Below are positions 48,415 through 60,504 of a stretch of 64,000 bases of DNA, piece by piece. The notes under the pieces were generated by a model that did no database searches, was not told the origin of the DNA, and saw nothing but the letters and a program-made list of their open reading frames with translations. The translations under genes and the position numbers were made by a program. Location: contig NC_086097.1 in the NCBI RefSeq assembly GCF_963921235.1, positions 197,782,001-197,846,000 of the forward strand. Direction: 5' to 3'. The first letter of the stretch is position 1. Each line of letters begins with the position of its first letter. The DNA comes from Mobula hypostoma. Its lineage: Eukaryota.

Positions 48415-48915
48415 TACTCAGTGACTATTTCTTTAGGTACACCTGTACACCTGACCATTGATACAAATCAGCCAATAATGTGACAGCAATTCAATACATG
48501 CAAGAGTGTAGACATGATCAAAAGGTTCAGTTGTTGTTCAGACCAAACATCAAGATGGGTAAGAAATGTGATCTAAGTGACTTTGACCATGGAATGATTG
48601 CTGTTATATGGAGTGGTTTGAGTATCTTAGAAGTTGCTGATCTCCTGGGATATTAATACACAATTGTCTCTAGAGTTTTCAGAGAATGGTGCAAAAAGCC
48701 AAAAGGCACCCAGTCAGCAGCAGTTCTATGTATGAAAGTGCCTTGGTACTGAGAGAGATCAGAGGAGAATGGCCAGACTGGTCCAAGCTTGATAGGAAGG
48801 TGACAGTAATTCAAATAATCATGCATTAGAACAGTGGTGTGCAGAAAGACTTCTCTGAATTCATATGTTGAACCTTGAAGTGGATTGGCCACAGCAGCAG
48901 AGACTACAAACATAT
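48415..48915 (+). mobile_element. Tc1 (DD35E/Traveler-like) 5' fragment
   Basis: TIR-like start tactcagtgactattt; MGKKCDLSDFDHGMI..LSILEVADLLG..VSRVFREW from 48555. Confidence 0.7.
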
Positions 48916-49370
48916 ACCAGGGAAATTAACTTTTTTACAGCAAAAGCATGGACATAATAAAAGTAAACTACAAACATGATAAATATAAATTAAGATAAAT
49001 GACATACGTATATAACAAAATAAATAAAACAACAGAAGTACAAATTGAAAGAGAAAAAAAATTATAAAAGGTGGCATTAGGGCTCTTAAAATAAGTTCAA
49101 GAACCTGATGACAGTGGCGAAGAGACTGTTGTTAGTCTTCAAGATGTGTTCTTCAGACTCCTATACCACCTCCTTGATGGCACAAAAAGGAAAAGAAGTT
49201 ATGGTCCATGTAGTGGGGATCCTTAATGATGGATATTGCCTTTTCGAGACATCGCCTCTTGTAGATGTCCTAGATGGTGGAGAGTGCTAAGCCCATGATC
49301 GAACCAGCTGAGTCCACCATTCTCTGTAGCCTCTTGGGTTCCTGTGCACTGGGGTTCCATGTTTCCATGC
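48916..49370 (-). mobile_element. Rex1/Babar 3' fragment, degenerate
   Basis: Antisense similarity to 47500-47730 and to 8985-9245. Confidence 0.55.
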
Positions 49371-49892
49371 TGCTGCTGCTGATAATCAAAATTATTGCTT
49401 CTGTTATATGGACGTAGATTTTAACATTTGTGTAAGACATTAAGTACAAGAGTCAGCCAAGTGATCATCTGAATCGCGTCCTGGTAGGCAGGTGAAGAGT
49501 TTCTGGGAAACATAGGCACAGATAGGAATAATAAAGATAATATTCAAATTGCAACTGACAATATTTCACTCAATGATAATATCAAGCCAAATATTGCGTG
49601 CCATACAACTATCCAGTATTTTACCCAGGTGAATTTAAGTTCCCCCATCTCCAGTAATTGTTAAACAGTAAATTATAAGAGCACTGTCTCTGGTTCTCTT
49701 GCATGACATCTAATCGGGAGGAATAATGCTTATATTGATATGATGAGTAGGATTTGTTGTGACTATTTGGGATGTGTGTAGCATAGAAAAGGTTAAAAGA
49801 AAATGTAATTGATGGATGGGGGTATAAAGCAGTTTCTCGCCAGCTAAATAGGTGTGTTGGAAATAAAATGCAGAAGTGGGTGGGAGAAAGTA

Positions 49893-51068
49893 CAAACCCC
49901 ATTTCCGGAAAAGTTGGGATATTTTCCAAAATGCAGTAAAAACAAAAATCTGTGATATGTTAATTCACGTGAACCTTTATTTATCTGACAAAAGTACAAA
50001 GAAAAGATTTTCAATAGTTTTACTGACTAAACCAACTTAATTGTACTTTGTAAACATACACAAATTTAGAATTTGATGGCTGTAACACACTCAACAAAAG
50101 TTGGGACAGAGGCATGTTTGCCATTGTGTTACATCACCTTTCCTTTTAATAACACTTTTTAATCATTTTAGAACTGAGGATACTAATTGTAGTAGATTTG
50201 CAATTGGAAATTTTGTCCATTCTTGCTTGATATAAGACTTCAGCTGCCCAACAGTCCGTGGTCTCCCACACGCACTCTGTGTCTACAAAGCCACGCTGTT
50301 GTAGCCCGTGCAGAATGTGGTCTGGCATTGTCCTGCTGAAATAAGCATGGACGTCCCGGGAAGAGATGTCGCCTTGATGGCAACATATGTCTCTCTAAAA
50401 TCGTAATATACGCCTCAGAGTCAATAGTACCTTCACATACATGCAACTCACCCATGCCGTGGGCACTGATGCACCCCCATACCATCACAGATGCTGGCTT
50501 TTGCACCTTTCGCTGATAACAATCTGGATAGTCGTTTTCATCTTTGGCACGGAGAACTCAACGCCCGTTTTTTTCTGAAAACTAGCTGAAATGTGGACTC
50601 ATCTGACCACAGCACACGGTTCCACAGTCTTTTGGTCCATCTGAGATTAGCTCGGGCCCCGAGAACTCGCCGGTGTTTCTGCATAGAGTTGATGTATGGC
50701 TTCCTCCTTGCGTAATACAGTTTCAAGTTGCATTTCTGGATGTAGCGACGGACTGTGTTGTGTGACAATGGTTTTCCAAAGTACTCCCGAGCCCAGGTGG
50801 CTATAATTGTCACAGTAACATGACTCTTCTGTGCACTTTTCAATCTTATTTTAACTCTGTCCCAACTTTTGTTGAGTGTGTTGCAGCCATCAAATTCTAA
50901 ATTTATGTATATTTACAAAATACAATTAAGTTGGTCAGTAAAACTATTGAAAATCTTTTCTTTGTACTTTTGTCAGTTAAATAAAGGTTCACGTGAATGA
51001 ACGTATCACAGATTTTTGTTTTTATTGCATTTTGGAAAATATCCCAACTTTTCTGGAAATGGGGTTTG
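49893..51068 (-). mobile_element. Tc1-like IR/DR transposon, non-autonomous, two internal deletions
   Basis: TA TSD (49891-49892, 51069-51070); ~215-bp TIRs starting CAAACCCCATTTCC, each with two aaaagttggga direct repeats; motifs [27 protein letters not shown]. Confidence 0.95.
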
Positions 51069-51119
51069 TAGTTTGGGTGGTTGGAAGGATTGTGTGCAGT
51101 GCAACAACTTTAAGGTTAT

Positions 51120-52325
51120 AATACCAGGAAAGTGGATGAAGGCAAGTCAGTGGATGTTATCTACGTAGACTTCAGTGAGGATTTTGACAAGGTTCTACAT
51201 AGGAGGCTGGTCAAGAAGGTTCAGATGCTTGGCATTCATGATGATGTAGTAAATTGGATCAGACATTGGCTTTGTGGGAGAAGCCGGAGGTTGGTAGCAG
51301 AGTGTTGCCTCTCTGACTGGAGGTCTGTGATCAGTGGTGTGCCACAGGGATCGATGCTGGGTCCTTTGTTGTTTGTCATTAATATCAGTCATTTGGATGA
51401 TAATGTGTTTAACCGGTTAACACCAAGATTGGGGATGTAGTAGACAGTGAGAAAGGCTATCATGACTTGCAGAGGGTTCTGCATCAGCTGGAAAAATGGG
51501 CTGAACAATGGCAGATGGAATTTAATGCAGATAAGTGCGAGGTTTTGCACTTCAATAGGACTAACCAGGGCAGGTCTTACACAGTGAATGATAGAGCACT
51601 GAGGAGTGTGGTAGAACAAAGGGATCTTGGAGTACAGGCACATAATTTGTTGTAAGTGAAATCACAGGTAGATAGGGTTATAAAGAAGCTTTTGGCGCAT
51701 CGGCCATCATAAATAAATGTATTGAGTACAGAATAGGATGTTATGTTGAAGTTGTATAAGACATTGGTGAGGCCTAAATTGGAGTATTGTGTGCAGTTTT
51801 GGTCACCTACCTACAGGAATGACGTAAACAATGTTGGAAGAGTGCAGAGAAAATTTACAAGGATGTCACTGGGTCTGGAGGACCTGAGTTGTCAGGACAG
51901 ATTAAATAAGTTAGGAGTGTATGCTTTAGAATGTAGATGATTGAGAGGAGATTTGATAGCGGTACACAAAATTACGAGGGGTATAGTTAAGGTAAATGCA
52001 AGCAGGCTTTTTCCACTGAGGTTGGGTGGGACTACAATCAGAAGCCATGGCTTAAGGGTGAAAGGTGAAAAATTTAACGGAACCATGAATGGAAACTTCT
52101 TCATTCAGAGGGTCATGAGAGTGTAGAATGAGCTGTATGCACAAATGATCCATGTGAGATTGATTTCAACATTTAAGTGAAGTTTGGATAGGTACATGGA
52201 TAATAGGGATATGGAGGGCTATGGTCCACGTGCAGGTTGTTGGGAGTAGCAGTTTTAAGTGGCTTCAGGATGGACCAGATGGGCCAAAGGGACCATTTCT
52301 GTGTGGTACTTCTCTATGACTCAAT
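51120..52325 (+). mobile_element. CR1 RT and 3' end
   Basis: VDVIYVDFSEDFDKV; SGVPQGSMLGPLLF; WAEQWQMEFNADKC; LYKTLVRPKLEYCVQFWSP; RGDLIAVHKI. Confidence 0.92.
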
Positions 52326-53039
52326 GTCATAAAGATGTGGCTTTCACCTTTTCCACCTGGCTTTTGGTCATTGAAGAGCTTAGCACTTTGGAGTTGGGAA
52401 CTTGACAGCTTATGCCTGCTGCTAATATCCTTGGTGGTATCCAACCACACCACGTCTCAGTGAAAGTTCCTTTCATGTGCTGCTAGGGAACCAAGTTTTC
52501 CCCAACAGTATTTCTAGAGAATAGTTGGTGATGCTGGATCCTTTTCCATTTTCACTCCATCCCAACACTTCTTCCCACCAGTGGTTTCTCAAATTGGTTC
52601 TTCTGGCATGCTTGGAGAAACCTTGAAGCATTTTTGAGATTGCATCAAGTAATCATCATCGCACTTATTAACAGTAAATAGATAGGAAATACAGAAATCA
52701 AACTGTCAATTAAGTAACTCATGTGTGACTATGAAAATCACTGGGTTTCCCACATGCATTCAAAAAAAGTAAGTTTTTTGTTGTAACTGGCAGAACAGAA
52801 GAAAGTGAATCAGTTAAAGTATTATATTTGGACTTCCAGAAAACCTTGGACAAGTATCAAGTTGAGTTTATTGTCATATGCACAAATATGGTCAAATACA
52901 GGTACAATGAAAACTTGTTTTCAGCCACAAATCGATCATTATGAGCAGCTGCTTGTTTGGCGCAAAGTTTAAAAAGACATCAGGGTTTTTCACAACTTTT
53001 CAGCAAGCTGCCATCATAACAATCTTAGGCACTCAGCAA

Positions 53040-55160
53040 AGGCCAATAAAAAGAAGCGAGGTGTAAGTGGAGCGGCTGGGCAAAGTGATCACACGTTGGC
53101 TCAGCAGGCTTTGGCGAGAACATGCTTAGGTAAGAACAGGCGGAGGCTCTCAATAAGTTTCCAGTAAATTTGTTTTTCTCTTTCTTTGTCTATTAGTATA
53201 TAGCTACTGCAGTGAGAATGGGTCCAGTGTTAGTGGTATGTTCTTTAAGTGAGATGTGAGAACACTGTGACACATCAAGTTTCCCTGATAACTTCATCTG
53301 CATGAAGTGCATCAAGCTGCAGCTCCTTAGAGACAGCGTTAGGGAACTGGAGCTGCAACTCAGTGATGTTTGGTTCATATGGGAGAATGAAGAGTTGATA
53401 CTTAGGAGCTACAGGGAGGTTGCCACCCATAAGTTGCAGAGGGCAGATACTTGGATGACTGTCAGGAGAGGGAAAAAGAGTATGCAGCCAGTGCAGAGTA
53501 CTCCTGTGGCTGTTCCCCTCAGCAATAAGTATACAGCTTTGGATACTGTTAGGTGGGGGGAGGGGCAACTTACCAGAGGGAAGCCCCAGGAAACGGATCT
53601 CTGCACTGAGTCTGGCTCTCTGGCTCAGAAGGAAAGGGGAAGCAATGAGGAATGCAGTAATAATAGAGGATTTCTTAGTTCGAGAAGCAGACAGTAGATT
53701 CTCTGGACAGGAGAGAGACACCCAGATGGTATGTTGCCTCCCAGCAGCCAGGGTCAGTGATGTTTCAGATGGGGTCCACAGCATTCTAAGTGGGGAGGGT
53801 GAGCAACTGGAAGTCATCGTGAATATTGGTACCAATGACGTAAGTAGGGAAAGGAAGGGATCCTGAAGAGAGGATGTAGGAAGTTAGGTAGAAGCAAGAC
53901 CTCCAGGGTTGTAATCTCTGGATTGCTACCTGTGCCACTTGCCAGTGAAGTTAAGAATAGGATGATTTGCAGACGCATGTGTGGCTGAGGAACTGGTGCA
54001 GGGGGCACGGTTTCAGATTCCTGGATCATTGGGAGTCCTCTTCATAATTTTAAATTTGAATGTGTGCAGGATACAGAATAAGGTAGGTGATCTTGCAGTG
54101 CAAGATTGGCAGGTATGATGTTGTAGGCATCACTGAGTAGTGGCTGAAAGAAGATCATACTTGGGAGCTTAAAGTCCAAGGATACACATTGTATAGAGAG
54201 GACAGGCAGGTAGGCAGAGGAGTTGGGGTGCCTTTGTTGGTTAAAAAAAAATGAAAGTCAATCTTTAGAAAGAACTGACATACACTCGGAAGATGTAGAA
54301 TCCTTGTGGATAGAGTTAAGAGACTGCAAGGGTAAAAATTGACTTGGATGCATTCCAATTTGCCTACTGGAGCAACAGGTCCACAGGATTTTTCAAATAT
54401 TGGCTGTTCGCTCAACCCTAGAATATTTGGAGAGCAAAGATGCATACATCAGGATGCTCTTTATCAACTACACCTCAGGGCATATTAGTTAAATCACATT
54501 GGTAGAAAATTTAAATGGTTAGATTGAAAGGAATTCATCTTGAGGGTCTTAATGCCTTAGTATAAATATCATTGAAAGTTAATATGCAAATGAAGTAAGT
54601 AATTAAAAAGATTGCTTTGAATGCAAGAAGGTTTGACAGGAGTTTTGTGTACAGGCCTGATCTTCCTACCTAAGGAACAATCTACTTCCAATAGAGGAAA
54701 ACTTAGAAAGGTTCACCAGAATGATTCCTGTGATGGCAGGTTTGTCATGTGTGGAGGGATTAAACAAAAACACCTGCATTATTTTGCATTAAAAAAAATA
54801 AAAAGCTTTCCTTTAGAAATGTGCAAAATTGTCGAGAAGTGTTACGTAGTAGATAAAAATCAATATTTATCCTGATTGGGGTGGCTATAATCAAGAGACA
54901 CAATTTTAAAATAAGGTATTGGCTGTTCAGGAGTGAGAGCCAAAATTTCTTCATCTGGGGGATGATTCTTTAGAGGTATACACCCAACAGTACTGAAGAG
55001 GCTCAAGTGCTAGGTATATGCAAGGTGGAGATCAGAGCTTTTTGCTATTAAGGTGTGACAGCAGGGAAGTGGCACTGTGGTTAAAAATAAACTATGATCT
55101 TATTGAATGGCAGATCAGTATGAATGTTTGAATGGACTACATCTGCATTACCTTATGTGC
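53040..55160 (+). mobile_element. Internally deleted CR1: 5'UTR, ORF1 (zinc finger + SGNH esterase), APE start, 3' remnant
   Basis: CMKCIKLQLLRDSVRELE; AVPLSNKYTALD; VIIEDFLVR..CCLPAARVSDV..VNIGTND; ISGLLPVP; YDVVGITE. Confidence 0.82.
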
Positions 55161-55769
55161 TTAATGAACCCACACCCTTTCAATGCATCTGTGTATTAAC
55201 ATTAAAACCACAACTGCAGCCATTTGAGTTTTTGATTTGATCTTGGGTCCTTTGGGAATCAAGCAATTCTGTGTCCTAATGCATAAATACTAATTTTAAA
55301 GATGTTCAGTTTCTTCTATGTTCTCTAATATCTGAATTCATTCAAAAGAGGTTGAAAAGTACTTGTATCTCTTCCGGTGTAGCAATCTATTTCCAAAAGG
55401 AATCTGGTATAGATTTAGTTTTGAAGTTAAATTGATGTATAAACTCGAACTAGTGCAATAGTTTGTCATTTTTCAGTACAACGACTTTGGAAGCATTATA
55501 CCTTAAATATGATACAGTCTGAAGCTTTTACCTGTAACAGTGAGCGGTTAGGTTGTCTACAGTATTAATATTTGTCTTCAGCTGTTGGCTTTCTTAGAAC
55601 ATACAGCATAGCTGTACTGCTTACCATATCTGCACCAACCATGATACCAGTCTAAATTAATTCCTTCTGACTGCACATGATTCCTAACTGGCTGCACATG
55701 ATCGCTATTAATTCTGTTTAGTATTAGTAAATTGTTTAATTTAAATCTTTGCCTTCAAGTGGATGAACC

Positions 55770-57145
55770 CTCAAAAGCTGTTATGCCCCGATGCTGTACC
55801 TGGTAGGATACTAAAAGCCTGTGCCAAACAACTAGCTGGAGTCTTCAAAGTTAGATTCAATCTCATCACTGCTGCTGTCAGAAGTTCCTCCTGTTTCAAA
55901 AGGGCATCGATCATACCAATGGCCAAAGAAGACCCACAGTAGTGTAGTGGTTAGCACGGTGCTATTACAGCTTGAGGCATTGGAGTTTAAAGTTCATTTC
56001 TGACGTCATCAGTGAGGAGTCTACATCCCCCCTGTTAAATGCTTTGGTTTTCTCCACAATCCAAAGATCTACTGGTTACTGGGTTAATTGGTCATTGTAA
56101 ATTGTCCTGTGATTAGACTAGCATTAAATAGGTGGATGCTGCGCGCCGTGGCCAGAAGGGCTTATTCTGCACTGTATCTCAATAAATAAATAAAAGAGCA
56201 AAGTGAATTGCCACAATCACTGGTCACATCTACTTTGATTAAATGCTCTGAGAGGTTGGTCATGGCTACAATTAACTGCCTGAGAAAGGACAAGGACTTG
56301 CTACAGTTTGCCTACTGCTCCAACAGATCTACAGTGGAGACAATCTCACTGGCTCTGTACTCTGATTTGGAACACATGGGCAACAGTAATACATACACCA
56401 GGCTGCTGTTTATTGATTATGGCTTTGCATTCAACTCCACCATCCCTTCATTACTAACCAAGATTCAAATCCTGGCCCTCTGTACCTCCCTGTGCAGTTG
56501 GATTCTTGACTTACTCATTGGGATACCATATTTAGTGTGGATCTGTAGTAATTCTCATTGTCTAGAATTAATGCAGGTGCTACTCAAGGAACTGTGCTTA
56601 ACCCACTGCTCACTCTCTCTATATACATTAATGTGTGGCTAGGTACAGCTCAAATGCCATCTGTAAGTTTGCCGATAACACCACTATTGTTAGCAGAATC
56701 TCAGATGACAACAAGGACACATATAGCAGTGAGATAATTTGGCTGGTTGAGACCAAGAGCAAGACCAAGGAATTGATTGTAGACTGAGGGGGAAGTCAGG
56801 AAAACACACACCAGTGCTCTTTGAGGGTTCAGCAGTAGAAAGGGTCAACAGCTTCAAGTTCAACAACCTCAGGGGATCTATCTTGGACCCAATATATTGA
56901 TGCAATCATGAAGAAAGCATGCCAGTGGCTCTACTTCATTAGGTGTCTGAGGTGGTATAGTATGTCACCAAAGACTCTAAGCAAATTTCTACAGGTATAT
57001 GGTGGAGAGTGCTCATTACCTGGTATAGAGGCTCCAATGGGCAAGATCAAAAGATGTTGCAGTATTGTAGACTCAGCCAGATTCATTATGGGTGTGACCT
57101 CCTTCACCATTGAGGACATTTTCTAAAGAAAGTGCCTCAAGAGGC
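55770..57145 (+). mobile_element. Rex1/Babar RT fragment interrupted by a SINE
   Basis: LVTSTLIKCSERLVM..LQFAYCSNRST..RLLFIDYGFAFNSTIP..LCSWILDLL; KFADNTT; KKACQWLYFIR. Confidence 0.85.
55933..56194 (+). mobile_element. tRNA-derived SINE (V-SINE/HE1-like)
   Basis: A-box-like tagtgtagtggttagc head, ttaattggtca body, tail ctgtatctc(aata)n. Confidence 0.7.
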
Positions 57146-57149
57146 TTTT

Positions 57150-57300
57150 CATTCCAGAGCAACTGAGATGTCTTCCTCCTTCAAAGAAAGGGACTTCCCT
57201 TCCTCCACCATCAACGCTGTCCTCACCCCTATCAGATTTCCCCTTCTCCAGCCCTTTGTCTTTCGCCAATCAACTTCCCAACTTCCCAACTTCCCAACCT
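57150..57300 (+). mobile_element. Internally deleted PLE fragment
   Basis: EMSSSFKERDFPSSTINA (PLE RT C-terminal region) joined to PLE 3'UTR-like sequence. Confidence 0.55.
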
Positions 57301-57382
57301 GATTCTGAACAAATATAAATCTAGTCATCTCCAGCTTATGAAAACACAACTTTTGCACAACCCATACATACGAGCAAGCATT

Positions 57383-58072
57383 TGGGAAAGCAGTGCGATA
57401 GATTTACCATCTGCTGCGAGGCTACAAGCTACTGTTCTAGACACAGGCTGGAATTTTGCCATATCAGGCCCAGGAAGAATACATTCTAGTCAATGTCCAT
57501 TTTGCAATTCCTATTAAGAGACATGCTGTCCTTTTTAAAACTATCAATAGCATTTAAAACCTTGTCTGCAGTAAAATCTTTTAAAAGAGTATCATTGCTA
57601 GCTTTTTATAGGCATCTTCTGCCATATGGGAACCAGTGAGATAGATTTACCATCTGCTGTAGTGCTACAGGCAACCTTTCTGGACACAAGGGTGGCAATG
57701 TTGAGCAGCAGTTAGTGTAATCCTATTACACTGCCAGTAATCGCGGCTCATTTCCACCGCTGTCTGAAAGGAGTTTGTACTTTTTTCACGTAACTACGTG
57801 CGTTTCCTCCGGTGCTCCAGTTACCTCCCACAATGTGCAAGTTAGTAGTTTAATTGGTCACATGGGTGTAATTGGGCAGCACAGGATTGTTGGGCTGGCA
57901 GGGCCTTTATGTCAAAATAATTAAATAAACAAACTGGAATTTTGTCACATCATTCACAGAAAGAATGCATTATAATTGATGTCCATTATGCAAATGTTAT
58001 CTAGAGACACACTGTCTCTTTTTAAATACATCAATAGCTTAAAGCTCATCTGCAGCAAACTTTTAAGAGAAT
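57383..58072 (+). repeat. Diverged ~244-bp tandem duplication, second unit carries a SINE
   Basis: gatagatttaccatctgctg, ctggaattttg, atgtccatt, tcaatagc and tctgcag occur in the same order in both units. Confidence 0.85.
57691..57932 (+). mobile_element. tRNA-derived SINE (V-SINE/HE1-like)
   Basis: gctgtctgaaaggagtttgtac..gtttcctccggtgctccag..ttaattggtca; A-rich tail; absent from duplication unit 1. Confidence 0.72.
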
Positions 58073-58594
58073 CTCGGATTATGAACAGTTCTCAGGAACT
58101 GAACCCTGACATAACTTGGGAGGACCTGCAGTCTGTTTAGTGGACTCAGGATTAGGTTTAATCAGGATGTTCCATGAAGTGGTTACCAATTTGTATTCAT
58201 TTACTCCTCATAGAGGAGCGGAGACCATATGAATGCAGTGCATTAGACTGGAAGCAGTGCAAGTGAATCACTTCTCTACCTGGAAAGACTGCCCCTGGAC
58301 TGTTGGAAAAGAAGAGGTGAAGGATGAATGTTGCATTTTCTCTGGTTGCACATAAGTGCCATAAACAGAGTGATTGTTGAGTATGGAATAGCGGATGAAG
58401 GAAATGTTGAAAATGGAAGATGTATTTGTCCAGTGGTGGTATCTTTTTGGAACTGGCAGAAACTGTGATGGCTGATTCTATGAATGCATTATTTAGCGAG
58501 GTGGATGGTGACAATCAGAGGAATTATATCCAGAAGAAAGGATGAGAGTAGGAGCATAGAAAATAGATGAGAAACTAAATAAACAAAAGAAACT

Positions 58595-59045
58595 GCAATA
58601 CTCAGCCCAGTATATCACAGGAACAGCTCTCCCCACCATTGAAAGTATCTACATGAGGCACTACCTCAAGATGACAGCATCCCCATTATCTGAGCCATGC
58701 TATCTTCTTGCAGCCTCCATTGGGCAGAAGGTACAGAACCCTGAAGTCTCACACCATGTTCAGGAACAGCTACTTCCCTTCAATCATACAGTTCTTGAGT
58801 TAGTCCACATAACCCTAATCACTACCTCAGTATAACAGTACTGTGAGCACTTTGCACTTCAGTGAACATTTTTTGTTCTAATTGTGTATTTTCTTGTATA
58901 TTGTTGTGTAATTTATGTTTAATTTGTGTTTTTCTTGAAATGTTGATCTTTAATGCTATATGCCTGTGATGCAGCTGCATGTAGGTTTTTCCTTGAATCT
59001 ATGCATACCTTGACTTGTACATATGAAACTTGACTCAACTTGAGA
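58595..59045 (+). mobile_element. Rex1/Babar 3' fragment
   Basis: AQYITGTALPTIESIY; tail aaacttgactcaacttga. Confidence 0.65.
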
Positions 59046-59221
59046 CTTTTCTTTAGATGCTGTTAAGAGAACTATCCATTCTGCTGCAGGTTTAGGAAGA
59101 AGAAAAACAATTTAGACACTCCTGTATATAAAGTCTCATCATTGGGGCAAATACAGCGGAGAGGGAGGAACTTGTAGAATGGAACGGAGCACCAATAAGA
59201 GGCAGATTGCGAGAAAGCTAC

Positions 59222-60160
59222 CATTATCAGCGATCATTCGTAGTCGAGTATGATTCTTCTGTTGCTGGTTGATCTGGTCAGTTTTGGGTCTTGAGATGAC
59301 TGAAGAGGCTGATCCATGATCCACAAGTCCTATTGCAGTGATGGCAGGTGTAGGTCATTGAAGTGGTGGTGGATGTAGCTGGTTGGGCCTTTCCTTGTCT
59401 CTCCTTATGTTGAAGTTGCTTAGTCTCAGCCGCATGGTGGAAGTATTCTTCAAGTTGTGCAGACCCCTCATAAATAGTCCTCCTCCAGTTTTTTCTGTCC
59501 AATGCTAATTTCTCCCATCCATTCAGGTTGATGTGGTACTTCATCAGGTGGGTCTTGATATTGTCCTTGAACAATATTTTCTGCTTTCCAAGAGTGCACT
59601 TTGTATCCTTGAGTTGGCTGAACAGAAATTGTTTAAGGAGGTGGGAGTAAGGGATATAGATGATGTGGCTGACCCATCACAACTGGTGCTGAGTCATGAT
59701 TGTGGCTATGGAGTCAATGTTAGCTTCCTACAGAATGCAGGAATCAATATGCCTATTCTTCCAGCTAACTCTCAGAATCTTTCAGAGGCATCTTTGATGG
59801 TAAGTTTCTCGGGATTTTATGTGCCTGCCACTTGTTGTCCATGACTCCACTTCATATAGCAAAGAGGGGTCTTGATATCTCAATTTTCAAAAACCCTCTT
59901 TCTCAGCCTGGCAGAAGTTCCACTCGCATAGCCTATTCTGTGATCTATTTTAAGGTCAATGTTGGCTGTTGTAGAAAGAAGGCTGCCAAGATATGGAAAA
60001 TGATCAGTGTTTTTCACAAGGATGTCGTCAGCTTGGATAGTTGGAGTCAATATGACTGTGGGAAATTTCAGGCTCTTGATGTTTGTGGGCAGTCTATGCT
60101 ATGGGTTGGAGATGGAGAAATCCAAAAACGGAAGAGTCACCATGTGAATGTGGAAGGCAG
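59222..60160 (-). mobile_element. RTE-clade LINE 3' portion with C-terminal C2H2 finger
   Basis: HFPYLGS; WEKLALDRKNWRRTI..YTCHHCNRTCGSWISLFSHLKT. Confidence 0.8.
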
Positions 60161-60197
60161 GGGGCCTGAAGGAAATTGTCAGTGCAAGTCAGTGCTG

Positions 60198-60416
60198 GGA
60201 GCTTTGACCAGTGCCCAGTCGGTGAGATCAGAAGCTTGGGAGGATAGAATTTACTCAGGTTCACTGACTGAATATTAAAGGTAGTGACTCATGGCAGTTT
60301 TTAGGAGCTTTGACCAGCAACCAGTCAGAGAAATCAGGAGCCTGAGAGGATGGAATTCACTCAGGTTTGCTGATCAACTATTAAAGGCGTTGACTCGTGG
60401 CAGTTTGATGGAGCTG
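60198..60416 (+). repeat. 106-bp tandem repeat (2 units plus the start of a third)
   Basis: ggagct starts at 60198, 60304 and 60410; shared actcaggtt, tattaaagg, tgactc, tggcagttt. Confidence 0.85.
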
Positions 60417-60504
60417 AGGAGCTTTTGTTAAGAGCAAAAGGATTGCAAATGACAAAATTTATCTTCTGGAATATTGGAATAGTAATCAATTTGTGAAACC
60501 AAGA

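Noticed and set aside
55933..56005. tRNA gene
   Set aside because: Only a degenerate A-box-like head with no cloverleaf; it continues into a SINE body and tail
60198..60416. CRISPR-like periodicity (also 57383-58072)
   Set aside because: Whole units are homologous, there are no unique spacers or cas genes, and the context is eukaryotic
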